Assembly: GCA_044229845.1 (NCBI GenBank)
Contig: JBGASG010000012.1
Coordinates: 32,001-96,000, forward strand
DNA: 64,000 bases
Direction of reading: 5' to 3'
Source: Candidatus Obscuribacteraceae bacterium
GTDB taxonomy: Bacteria; Cyanobacteriota; Vampirovibrionia; Obscuribacterales; Obscuribacteraceae
Part shown: positions 40,393-49,467 of the stretch, piece after piece
How positions within the stretch are numbered: position 1 is the first letter of the stretch
How the letters are laid out: the number at the start of each line of letters is the position of its first letter
Position numbers and translations under genes: made by a program
Notes under the pieces: generated by a model
Database searches by the model: none
What the model saw: only the letters and a program-made list of their open reading frames with translations
What the model was told of the DNA's origin: nothing

Positions 40393-42918
40393 ATGTCATC
40401 CGAACACGCGGGACAGAATCCAGGACATTCATCCGAACCAGTCCAAAGGCTGGACGGTGAGATTTCTGCGCTGGGATTGAGACCGGCTCTGGAGCAGATC
40501 TTGGCGTCCGGGATTGAGGTCGGCATCCTGCACGTCGCCGCCCCCAACCGGTCCGGTGCCCTGTTCATACGCACCGGAGCAGTCAAAGCCGCAATCGCAC
40601 CCGCTTCCAACTTGCAGGGCATGCCGGCCCTCAAGCAAGTGCTGGCCGCCGGCGAAGGTAAATTCCGATTTTCCACTGAGCTCCCGCGCGAGCCAATTCG
40701 CGAAACGCTCAATATCGACATCGGCTCCCTGCTCGCATGGCGCAATGCCAACGTCGCCGACCAGATTCCATCTCTGGCTGAAGCACTGAGCGTCCTGTCC
40801 GCCAATGCTTACAGCACCTGGCCGACCGGACAGGAACAGCGACCGACCGTCGCCGGCCCTCCGCCTGAACAGCAAGCCGCTGCTCCGTCCGCCCCGCCTC
40901 AGCAAGCCCCGTCCAGCGCCGACTTATTTGGGCTGCAAGAAGCGCTGGCCGCCTACGAAGAACAGAAAAAACAAGAGCGGCAGCAGACAGGCGAAGACCA
41001 GAGCGACAGCGCCAGACAGTACACCCTGGAGCAGATGCAGTTTCAACAGGGTGCGATTCCCACTCCCGCGCCAGCCAGCAAGAGCGGTGAAATCACGCAG
41101 CGCTACGACATCAGCGATTTGAAGGCGATCGCCACACCTGAGACGGCCGCCCCAGGCAGTGCCGCGCTGGGCGCCGCCGCCGGCAACATGCGCGCCACAG
41201 GCGAGATGAACACCACGGGCGAACGTCCACGCGACCGCATCCAGGGTGACCCACGCCGCATCAGCATGCCCTATCAACGGGTGGGAGGACACGACCGCCC
41301 CAGCGGGGCGCACCGCATGCCGGGTGCGCCCGGAGCGCCCGGTGCGCCGGATCCCACCGCCATGCGCAGCACTGCTGAACTGACACTGCCCACCGGCGAG
41401 ACTCTGAAAGCCTCTAAAGTGCGCCAGTTGCGGCACACACTGATCAGTGTCGGCATCGCCGGCGTGCTGCTTTTGACGGCGGTGATTGCCACCAACAAGA
41501 TGCTGTCGGAAACCAATTCGGCGCAGAACTATGCCCGCGGGACGAAACTGCTCAAGGACGGATACAAAGACCTGGCGAAAAAGAGTTTCGACAAAGTGTT
41601 GGCGTCCGATCCGAAACACATCAAGGCGCTTCTGGCGCGCGGTACAGCCAATATTCAACTCAACGACCTCCCGGCAGCCCAACGCGACTTCGATGCGGTA
41701 CTGGAGATCGACAAGAAAAACCTTGATGCGCTCAACGGCAAGGCTCTGTGCTATCTCAAAATGCGTGACTTCAACCGGGCTGTGTCCGCCACTGAAGATC
41801 TGCTGATGATCGCGCCCAGAAACATTGAGGCACTGTCCACCTCAGCTCAAGCTCTGCTGGAACTGCGCAGATTTAAGCTGGCACAAGATGCTGCGGACAG
41901 AATCATCGCCGCCAAGCCTGACACCGGCATGGCAGCTGCTTATTCATTGCGCGGAGACTCATTTTTCGGTCGCCAGAAATTTGTCGATGCCCGCAAAGAC
42001 TACAGCGAGGCGCTTACGCTCGAACCGGGCAATCGGGCTAATTATGCCAAGCGTGCCCGCACCGCCTTGCAGGTGGACGACTTTCAGGGCGCGGTCGCAG
42101 ACACTACCCAAGCCATCTTCGGGGATCAGAGCAACCCCGACCTGTACATGCTGCGCGGTCAAGCCTACGAAAAGCTGAACCAACCAGACAAAGCAGTCCA
42201 GGACTATGACAAGGCAGTCGGACTGAAACCAGGCCGCGACACCTACGCAGCGCGCGCGCATGCGCACCTGTCCATGAAAAACTATAACCGCGCCGCCGCT
42301 GACCTGGCTGAAGTGCTTAAAGACCCCAAGGCGCCAAAGATCTATCACGATGAATTGGCGATGGTGCAACAGAAAATCAAGACGATGCCGGTGGCGAAAA
42401 TCGATATGGATGCTTTAATTGGCAAGCCCGAAAAAGCTGTCGTCATGAAGTACGAACAAATGGTGCCGCACGGTCAGGCCTTGCTGGAATCTGGACGAGC
42501 CGCCGATGCCGTCAAAATACTGACAATGGCTGTCCGCGCCAAACCTCAAGACGTCTGGGCCAGGCGCTACCTGGCTCGCGCCATGGCGATGGCCGGCATG
42601 CCTCAACAAGCTATCGATCAGTTCAAGCAAGTGCAGTTCACTGACCGATTGGGTCCAAAAGATCGCACCGCCTATGCACACGCGCTCGTCGACCTGAAAC
42701 AGCCCAACGAGGCTATTTCGCTGCTCAACGGTGTGGTCTCTGAAGACCCGGATTACGCCGACGCGCGCATATTACTCATCGAGTGCCTGCTAAAGAGGAA
42801 TGACCGCGCCAACGCGGTAGAACTTTGCCGCGTTGGCTTGAGCCGCGCCAGAACCGCCAAGGACCAAGAAAACTTCCAGAAGCTCTATCAAGTTGCGGTT
42901 GGTTGGCAGGGCAAATAG
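40393..42918 (+). CDS. PATAN/DUF4388-like N-domain, disordered linker, TM, long TPR array; paralog 1
   Basis: LDGEISALGL..L..I...G.L.V...G.LF...G pattern; DLFGLQEAL motif; many TPRs; start re-placed at ATG 40393. Confidence 0.85.
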   Translation: MSSEHAGQNPGHSSEPVQRLDGEISALGLRPALEQILASGIEVGILHVAAPNRSGALFIRTGAVKAAIAPASNLQGMPALKQVLAAGEGKFRFSTELPREPIRETLNIDIGSLLAWRNANVADQIPSLAEALSVLSANAYSTWPTGQEQRPTVAGPPPEQQAAAPSAPPQQAPSSADLFGLQEALAAYEEQKKQERQQTGEDQSDSARQYTLEQMQFQQGAIPTPAPASKSGEITQRYDISDLKAIATPETAAPGSAALGAAAGNMRATGEMNTTGERPRDRIQGDPRRISMPYQRVGGHDRPSGAHRMPGAPGAPGAPDPTAMRSTAELTLPTGETLKASKVRQLRHTLISVGIAGVLLLTAVIATNKMLSETNSAQNYARGTKLLKDGYKDLAKKSFDKVLASDPKHIKALLARGTANIQLNDLPAAQRDFDAVLEIDKKNLDALNGKALCYLKMRDFNRAVSATEDLLMIAPRNIEALSTSAQALLELRRFKLAQDAADRIIAAKPDTGMAAAYSLRGDSFFGRQKFVDARKDYSEALTLEPGNRANYAKRARTALQVDDFQGAVADTTQAIFGDQSNPDLYMLRGQAYEKLNQPDKAVQDYDKAVGLKPGRDTYAARAHAHLSMKNYNRAAADLAEVLKDPKAPKIYHDELAMVQQKIKTMPVAKIDMDALIGKPEKAVVMKYEQMVPHGQALLESGRAADAVKILTMAVRAKPQDVWARRYLARAMAMAGMPQQAIDQFKQVQFTDRLGPKDRTAYAHALVDLKQPNEAISLLNGVVSEDPDYADARILLIECLLKRNDRANAVELCRVGLSRARTAKDQENFQKLYQVAVGWQGK

Positions 42919-43056
42919 CCGAATCCGGACGGAACGAGGATCGCAGTGCACGTGCCTCGCTTCAAGTTGACCCCTCGTATTCCCTAGGCTACAGTGGTAT
43001 TAGTCTGGAATCCGATCCCGCCTTATGCATCCTGAGTTACCTGAGAGGTTCACACC

Positions 43057-45135
43057 GTGAAGGCTCAAAAACACGTACGGGCACCCCGTGGTAATACCCT
43101 CGCGATGGTCGCCGGCGTGACGATTGTTTTGCTCATGGTCGTCGGACTGATTGTTCTCTATCTCTCGATGGTCCGTTCAGGCAGCGAACACAGGAGCGCC
43201 ATCGACTCAGCCGCGCTGGCGGCAGCCAAAGACATCTCCCGCATCGCGATTAACACGCCTGAGTTTGGTTGGGTTGCATTGACCACCGAACCACCAATCG
43301 GACGCGACACGAATGCGCCGGACCAGTGGTTTCAGGAAGTTCATAGCCTCAACGAGCTAATGGCTACCGTCCGCCTCGAGATGATCATTGCTAACGAGCT
43401 GGGCGACAACTTCATGCGCGATCTGGCTATCAGCGATTACAACGACGTAATGCAAGTCAAAGACGATTTGACGACGGAAATCAACCAGGCGCTGCCCAGT
43501 GGCGGTTCTGCGAAGGATGCCGCCGGCAACACGTTGACTCCCTATCAAAGCGCCCAGCGCGTCTATCTGATGAACCAGGCGAAACAGTCCACTTATGTAC
43601 CAGGCTCAATGACACTCACACTCGGATGCGTGCAGGGCGGACTGGAGACTGGCACGCCCGCACCCAATCCGATTGCCAAAGCAGCCGCAGGACCCTCTCA
43701 AACATCCAACCAGCGCTACATGTCCGAGACCAACATTCCTTTCGGCGGCAAAGACTTCATCTTCGGCTCGGTTGGTCGCCATGTCGGACTGGTCGAAAAG
43801 GACAAATTTGTCACCGCCATTGGTGGCTTGTCGTACCAGATGCCGGCCGTCGTAAAAGTGAGCGCGCGGCAACAATTTCAAGACCAGGGAAAAACCTGGC
43901 AGGTCAATTACGATGGCTGTGCCTGCGCGGGCAGCACCGAGCCGCCAAGACCTGCGCCCGGAGCATTGACGTTAAGCTTTCCTGATGGACCGGTCCCGGA
44001 GATCAGCAGAGCCGGCGATGTTTGGAATTGCGCGGGCGTGCAAGGCACAACAGCGAAGGTCTATCAATCTGATAACGGGGACTTCATCATTGACCGACCA
44101 GCCGCTACGCTGGCCGCATGGGGTGGAAAGCCGATTCCTTTCACAAGTCCCGCCAACCCCAGCGCGTCGGAGACCGCTCGGCTCGCCCTGTATGACTGGT
44201 TGCGCTGCGGAGGCAGCAAAGTAGACATCGACTCGGTTGTGCAACTGCAGACCCGAGCGTTGAATGCACCCTCAACGCCCCAGATTATGTGGAAGTCGGT
44301 AGACCCGGCAAACGCGATGTCCTTGATCAATTTTGGAATGGTGCCGACCGGCGTAATGCACATCTACACTTTTGATGCCAATGGCGTCATTCAATACCGC
44401 AGCGTCGACATCAAGCCCTACCCGTACACCGTGATCGGCGAAAAGCAACTATATGCGGAAACGGTTGAATCGAATCCGATCGGCAGCGCGGTGCCGCTCT
44501 GGACCCTTACCGGCATCAAGTACAAAGACATTCTGGGAAACATTCTCACAGATGGACAGATTCAAGGCACCGGCAATTACGACATGTTCGTCCGCGACTT
44601 CTCTCGCCAGCTAGGCAACATCAAAGGCGGCCAACACGGCGGCGAACGCATGGATGGCAACCCACTCGTGTCATACGCCGGCGCATACCCGATCGAGCCG
44701 CTTCGCGGCGGTAGAACGTCTCTTACCAACGACATCGCCATGGCGCCGGTACCGGATGCAGAATTTTGCACATGGTCGGGCGAGAGCAGCTCTGGTCCTT
44801 CCACCTCGTCCAGCACATCCAGCTCGTCGGTGAGCACCAGCATGACCAGCACCTCCGGCAGCAGTTCCACCACCAATAGTGGCACCACAAATACCGGTGG
44901 CGCCGGGCAGGGCGCACCAATTCCGGTGAGCCGCCAGGATGACTTCGCCTCCACCAGCACTCCGCCTCCGCCGTATATCACCTATACGCGTGGTCCCGGG
45001 GGTGGTGCCCCACGTCCCTGTTATCGAACCAACGGAGTGTCAGCCGACATTCGCTTCCGCCGCCAGGTTAAAGTGGGCCTTTTGCAATTCATGATCGGCG
45101 GTTACGAGTTCGGCTATGTGGCTGACATGCGCTGA
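43057..45135 (+). CDS. TadG-like large minor pilin/adhesin, paralog 1
   Basis: Prepilin-like RGNTL plus hydrophobic helix, then AIDSAALAAAK (Tad N-terminal motif). Confidence 0.75.
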   Translation: MKAQKHVRAPRGNTLAMVAGVTIVLLMVVGLIVLYLSMVRSGSEHRSAIDSAALAAAKDISRIAINTPEFGWVALTTEPPIGRDTNAPDQWFQEVHSLNELMATVRLEMIIANELGDNFMRDLAISDYNDVMQVKDDLTTEINQALPSGGSAKDAAGNTLTPYQSAQRVYLMNQAKQSTYVPGSMTLTLGCVQGGLETGTPAPNPIAKAAAGPSQTSNQRYMSETNIPFGGKDFIFGSVGRHVGLVEKDKFVTAIGGLSYQMPAVVKVSARQQFQDQGKTWQVNYDGCACAGSTEPPRPAPGALTLSFPDGPVPEISRAGDVWNCAGVQGTTAKVYQSDNGDFIIDRPAATLAAWGGKPIPFTSPANPSASETARLALYDWLRCGGSKVDIDSVVQLQTRALNAPSTPQIMWKSVDPANAMSLINFGMVPTGVMHIYTFDANGVIQYRSVDIKPYPYTVIGEKQLYAETVESNPIGSAVPLWTLTGIKYKDILGNILTDGQIQGTGNYDMFVRDFSRQLGNIKGGQHGGERMDGNPLVSYAGAYPIEPLRGGRTSLTNDIAMAPVPDAEFCTWSGESSSGPSTSSSTSSSSVSTSMTSTSGSSSTTNSGTTNTGGAGQGAPIPVSRQDDFASTSTPPPPYITYTRGPGGGAPRPCYRTNGVSADIRFRRQVKVGLLQFMIGGYEFGYVADMR

Positions 45136-46304
45136 TGGTCAGTAGCGGTATCACTTCCGGAGCCGGAGCAGCTTTGCCAGAGAAATCAGACGGGGGCTCT
45201 CTCAGCGCGGCCGGCAACGCCTCCAACGTTCCGTATCGCTGGATTATCAATCCGACTTTCGACCTCCTTTTCGTTGCCGGCGGCGCCTTTTTCCTGCTCG
45301 TAGCAATCAACTACTTGTGCCTGGGCATGAAAGTGGCTGCTTACGATCCCCGTTATCCGCTGGGAGCCACATCACTGCTATTCGTGATCGCGTTTCTTGC
45401 CGTGCATGCGCTCGGCGATTCGCACATCTTCGCCACATTCATGCGCATCTGGAGCTGCCCGGAGGACAAGAAACGCTTCGCCTTCTATCGCGTGTGGCTC
45501 ACGGCTGTCTTGATACCACTATTCATAATTGGCATGAACTCGGCCGTATTCACCGGTGCACTGCTTTCCATATTTTTGCTGACAGCTTTCTGGCACTGGA
45601 CTACGCAGGCTTTCGGCATTTCTCTCATCTACTGCCAGAAACACGGCTACTCGATGACTGCGTTCGAACGCGACGCGTTTCGCTGGTTCATGCGCGGGCT
45701 GGCTGGTTATTTCATCATTCGCATGCTGGTCTTTCCCGATCGCTACGTGCCATCCAATTTCGCTGCCGTACCTGTAACCAAATTTCCGGCACTCCCCGAG
45801 TCTGTGCACGCAATAGCCAGCTGGGCGCTGATTCTCGTCGTCTCCGCATTTGTCGCAATCACGCTCCGCAAACTGGTCACCGAAAGAAAGTTTCCCCCCT
45901 TACCTGTGCTATCCATGATCGCGGTTATCTGCTGTTTCGGGTTTGCCGAAGATCGAGAGAGCATGCTGATCTGGTTTTACGGACCGGCGTTTTTTCATGG
46001 CAGTCAATACCTGGCAGTAACACTCTCCTACCACTTGAAACAACAAGGACTGCCTGAAGGCATGCCTACTTCGCAGATTTCCAGGCTGATGTTTGGCCTG
46101 CCGGGATTGAAATACATGGCGATCGCCATCGCCGGCGGTATCGTCCTCTACGTCGGCATTCCGGCCATCAGCGCACTCTTCGGCTACGACCGTATCATGG
46201 TTTTGGGACTGGTGTTTTCCCTTCTCAGTCTGCACCACATCATCACCGATGCCGCCATCTGGCGGTTGCGCGACCCTCAATGCCGGCGCCTTTTGATCTC
46301 CTGA
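45135..46304 (+). CDS. Polytopic membrane protein with several His motifs
   Basis: About 9 TMs; SHIFAT, WHWTTQ, FHGSQYL and HHIITDAAIWR motifs. Confidence 0.8.
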   Translation: MVSSGITSGAGAALPEKSDGGSLSAAGNASNVPYRWIINPTFDLLFVAGGAFFLLVAINYLCLGMKVAAYDPRYPLGATSLLFVIAFLAVHALGDSHIFATFMRIWSCPEDKKRFAFYRVWLTAVLIPLFIIGMNSAVFTGALLSIFLLTAFWHWTTQAFGISLIYCQKHGYSMTAFERDAFRWFMRGLAGYFIIRMLVFPDRYVPSNFAAVPVTKFPALPESVHAIASWALILVVSAFVAITLRKLVTERKFPPLPVLSMIAVICCFGFAEDRESMLIWFYGPAFFHGSQYLAVTLSYHLKQQGLPEGMPTSQISRLMFGLPGLKYMAIAIAGGIVLYVGIPAISALFGYDRIMVLGLVFSLLSLHHIITDAAIWRLRDPQCRRLLIS

Positions 46305-46417
46305 ACTCGGCTTGAAACATATGGCGCCACGGCTTGTCAGGATACGACGGACTACACGAAGTGTTGTTTAATTGAGCCGTGTAGCCGATCACCCTTCAAC
46401 CAGAAGGGCAGCCAGAT

Positions 46418-48724
46418 ATGTCACCCGATCAAGCTGATCATTTACCCGCACCAACACCGACGCAACGCTTGACCGGCGACATAACCTCTTTCGGGCTACG
46501 CCCGATTCTGCAAGAGATACTGGCCTCGAACCAGCTTTCTGGCGTGCTTTTCATCCACAGCCTGGATTACCAGACCGGCACCATTCTGTTAGTGGACGGC
46601 ATAATCAGAGCTGCAGTGATTCCGGCAGCCAACGTGCGGCGCATTCCGGCGTTGCGCCAGATGCTCTCAGCAATCAGCGGCACCTATGAGTATGTACCGG
46701 ACAGCACCAGAGTCGAGTTGAAGAAACCAACCAACGTCGACCTCGCTGAGCTGCTTGCCTGGCGTTCGACTGAAACCCAGGAAACCACCCTCGGCGATTC
46801 GCTGGAAGCACTAAATACGATACCATTGAGCACGGGGGAGAAGTGGGAAAATTATATCGATAGAACCACCGACGAGCCGGGCTCCGCCAACCCGCCTGCC
46901 AGAGGCGCGGATGCACCGACCGTGAAGTCATACCTTCCCCTGGCGCCGGACGGCGACCTCTTCGGACTGCAAGAAGCGTTGCGTCAGCACGAAGCAAAAC
47001 TGGCGGCGCAGGTCTCCGACGAGGCCCTGAGCGCCGGGTTGGAACCCGAGTACAACGAAGATCCAGACGTGCCCACGCTGATCAACCTGTCCGCAATCAA
47101 AGCCATCCCGACGCCCAGCGTCACGGCTCCCGACCGCATCACTGCCAGTTATGAAATGCCGGACGGCACGGTAGTCGGCGGTTCCCCGACCGGCTCCACC
47201 GCCAGGCCCAAGCACACCTACCCGAAGTCGAATGCCATTAGATACGGTGCCTTGAGTATCGGCATCGGCTTCCTTCTCCTGGCGGCAGTGGTGATCTCGA
47301 CCGCCAAAGTTCTCGAAGAAAGCGACAGGCAGAAGACCTACGCCCGAGGCGTCCAGCTGCTTAGAGAGAGATACTACGGGCTGGCCAAACAGCGCTTCGA
47401 CAGCCTCCTCGAACACGATGCTCGCTTTGTACCGGCACTCTTGCAGCGTGCACAAGCTAACTTACTGCTCAACGATCCTCAGGCGGCCATTCGCGATTAC
47501 GACGCCGTCATACAAGCGGATGCCGGCAACGCCGAAGCTACCGACGGTCGAGCCGCCTGCTATCTAAAACTGCGCGACTATCCGAAAGCCGTAGCGCTGG
47601 CCGATGAAGCTCTGAAGGTAAAGCCCAACGACTACGCAGCGCTATTGATAAAAGCCACGGCCTATCGCGACCTCGGGGAGAACGCCCGCGCCATCTCAGT
47701 GGCCGGCGAGATCATCGCCAAGAAACCTGCTGCGCAGCTTGCTGAGGCCTACGCGGTACGGGGAGACGCCCTGTACAGGAGCGGCAAGTACAGCGAGGCG
47801 CGCGATGACTTCAACGCCGCCCTGGAAACAGATCCCAAGGCAAACGACATCTACGCAAAGCGCGCCATGGCCCTGTTGCAACTGAAGCTCTACAAAGAAA
47901 GTCTCGCCGACAGCACAGACGCCATTTTCGCCGACAACACCAATTCGGATCTGTACATGTTGCGCGGCCAGGCTTATGAAAGGCTTGGCGAGCTGGAAAA
48001 GGCTGTGGAAGACTACGAGCAAGCAGTGTCGTTCGAGCCGACGTTCGAAACCTATGCTGCACGCGCCCGTGTCGAGATGGCACTTAAACAATACAACCGC
48101 GCGGTTGCAGATTTGTCCGAGGTGGTCAAAGACACAGCCGCGCCGCCTAGTTATAAGGCTTTGCTTGCCGAAGCCAAAGAGAAGGTCAAGTCGATGCCGG
48201 TAAACGCTGTGGACATCGCGGCGCTCACCGAGAAGGATCGACCGGCCATCGTACTCAAGTATGACCAGATGGTCCGACAGGGTTTCGCGCTCACCAGACA
48301 GGGTCGAGGCATGGATGCTGCGCAGTTGCTGTCTGTAGCCGTGCAGGCTCAACCAAATGATGTGCAAGCGCGACGCTACCTGGCCCAGGCATTTGCGGTC
48401 GCGGGTCTGGGGGATCGCTCTATCGAGCAATTCAAAATCGTAGAAAGAACCAACACCCTCACGGACGAGGATCGGTTCTACTATGCGCGTGCACTGCACA
48501 ACTTGAAGCAAGATGCGCAGGTGATATCCGTCACCACCGATCTGCTGGGCAGAGACCCTCACCACGGCGAGGCGCGCTGTTTGCTGATCGAGTCGCTCTT
48601 GCGCAGCAACGACCGCGCCCGCGCTATAGAAGAATGCCGACTGGGCGCCTCCTACGCACGGACACCCCAGGACATTGCCACCTTCCAGCGCCTGTACCAG
48701 GTTTCGCAGACTTATCACCGGTGA
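46418..48724 (+). CDS. PATAN/DUF4388-like - TM - TPR protein, paralog 2
   Basis: Same architecture; DLFGLQEAL, AIFAD.N..LYMLRGQAYE and FQRLYQV shared with the paralogs. Confidence 0.85.
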   Translation: MSPDQADHLPAPTPTQRLTGDITSFGLRPILQEILASNQLSGVLFIHSLDYQTGTILLVDGIIRAAVIPAANVRRIPALRQMLSAISGTYEYVPDSTRVELKKPTNVDLAELLAWRSTETQETTLGDSLEALNTIPLSTGEKWENYIDRTTDEPGSANPPARGADAPTVKSYLPLAPDGDLFGLQEALRQHEAKLAAQVSDEALSAGLEPEYNEDPDVPTLINLSAIKAIPTPSVTAPDRITASYEMPDGTVVGGSPTGSTARPKHTYPKSNAIRYGALSIGIGFLLLAAVVISTAKVLEESDRQKTYARGVQLLRERYYGLAKQRFDSLLEHDARFVPALLQRAQANLLLNDPQAAIRDYDAVIQADAGNAEATDGRAACYLKLRDYPKAVALADEALKVKPNDYAALLIKATAYRDLGENARAISVAGEIIAKKPAAQLAEAYAVRGDALYRSGKYSEARDDFNAALETDPKANDIYAKRAMALLQLKLYKESLADSTDAIFADNTNSDLYMLRGQAYERLGELEKAVEDYEQAVSFEPTFETYAARARVEMALKQYNRAVADLSEVVKDTAAPPSYKALLAEAKEKVKSMPVNAVDIAALTEKDRPAIVLKYDQMVRQGFALTRQGRGMDAAQLLSVAVQAQPNDVQARRYLAQAFAVAGLGDRSIEQFKIVERTNTLTDEDRFYYARALHNLKQDAQVISVTTDLLGRDPHHGEARCLLIESLLRSNDRARAIEECRLGASYARTPQDIATFQRLYQVSQTYHR

Positions 48725-48743
48725 AGTCTGCGCCCTTGCAAAC

Positions 48744-48771
48744 ATTGCCGATAACAATTCTTTTCGGCAAT
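48744..48771. other. Putative tyrosine-recombinase site, left (11-6-11)
   Basis: ATTGCCGATAA-CAATTC-TTTTCGGCAAT; arms are near-perfect inverted repeats; extra half-site ATTGTCGAAAA at 48772. Confidence 0.65.
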
Positions 48772-48873
48772 ATTGTCGAAAAGAAAATCGCTAGCTTGTC
48801 GCCGAAAAGTCACAGCACAATTGATTCCAGTCCCTTTTAGATGTAAGGTACACGGGCTTTCTGGAGATAGGAC

Positions 48874-49419
48874 ATGACCCGAAATATGCTTAGCACCATG
48901 ACGACTATGGTCCTCATAACTGTGGCGGCGTTTCAAGCAGCCGGCGCAGAAAACAACAATGATTCCGAGTTGGACGGTTATTTGAAACGTCGAGCACAAA
49001 TGATGCATGTCTCACACGCTTCGGAAAGCGACTTGCCGATCAAAGAGAACAAACCTGGTGATAATCCACCGAAGATTTACCAGCTGCATAGTGCTGGGAA
49101 TGTTGAGAATACAGTGACGCTGTATATCGCAGAAAACGGTGAACCGTTACTCCGAAAACGATACGGTAGCTCCGGGATCTCCTTCGATTCCGTGTCGCAC
49201 AAGGACGCTGTGAAGCTGTGGCGGGGTAAAGGCACCTCCCAACTACGGAGCCTTTCGTTGTGGGGCTCGAACGGTATTCATGACAATGAATTCAAAATCG
49301 AGCTTCGCTTTAGGAAAGGATACTGTACTGAATATCGAGTGCAAGGCCCAGGCATCACGGACACAGAATGGAAGGGTTCACTAATGCAAAGCAGACCGGA
49401 GCCACTGACAAAAAGTTGA
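48874..49419 (+). CDS. Hypothetical exported protein
   Basis: Signal peptide ending AGA; SD-like GGAG/AGGA. Confidence 0.7.
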   Translation: MTRNMLSTMTTMVLITVAAFQAAGAENNNDSELDGYLKRRAQMMHVSHASESDLPIKENKPGDNPPKIYQLHSAGNVENTVTLYIAENGEPLLRKRYGSSGISFDSVSHKDAVKLWRGKGTSQLRSLSLWGSNGIHDNEFKIELRFRKGYCTEYRVQGPGITDTEWKGSLMQSRPEPLTKS

Positions 49420-49424
49420 AAAAG

Positions 49425-49454
49425 GCGATGAGAAGGGCTTCCCCTTCTCATCGC
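49425..49454. terminator. Terminator hairpin between convergent genes
   Basis: GCGATGAGAAGGG-CTTC-CCCTTCTCATCGC, a 13-bp perfect stem, with a T-run on the minus strand. Confidence 0.8.
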
Positions 49455-49467
49455 AAGTAGTTCAGCG

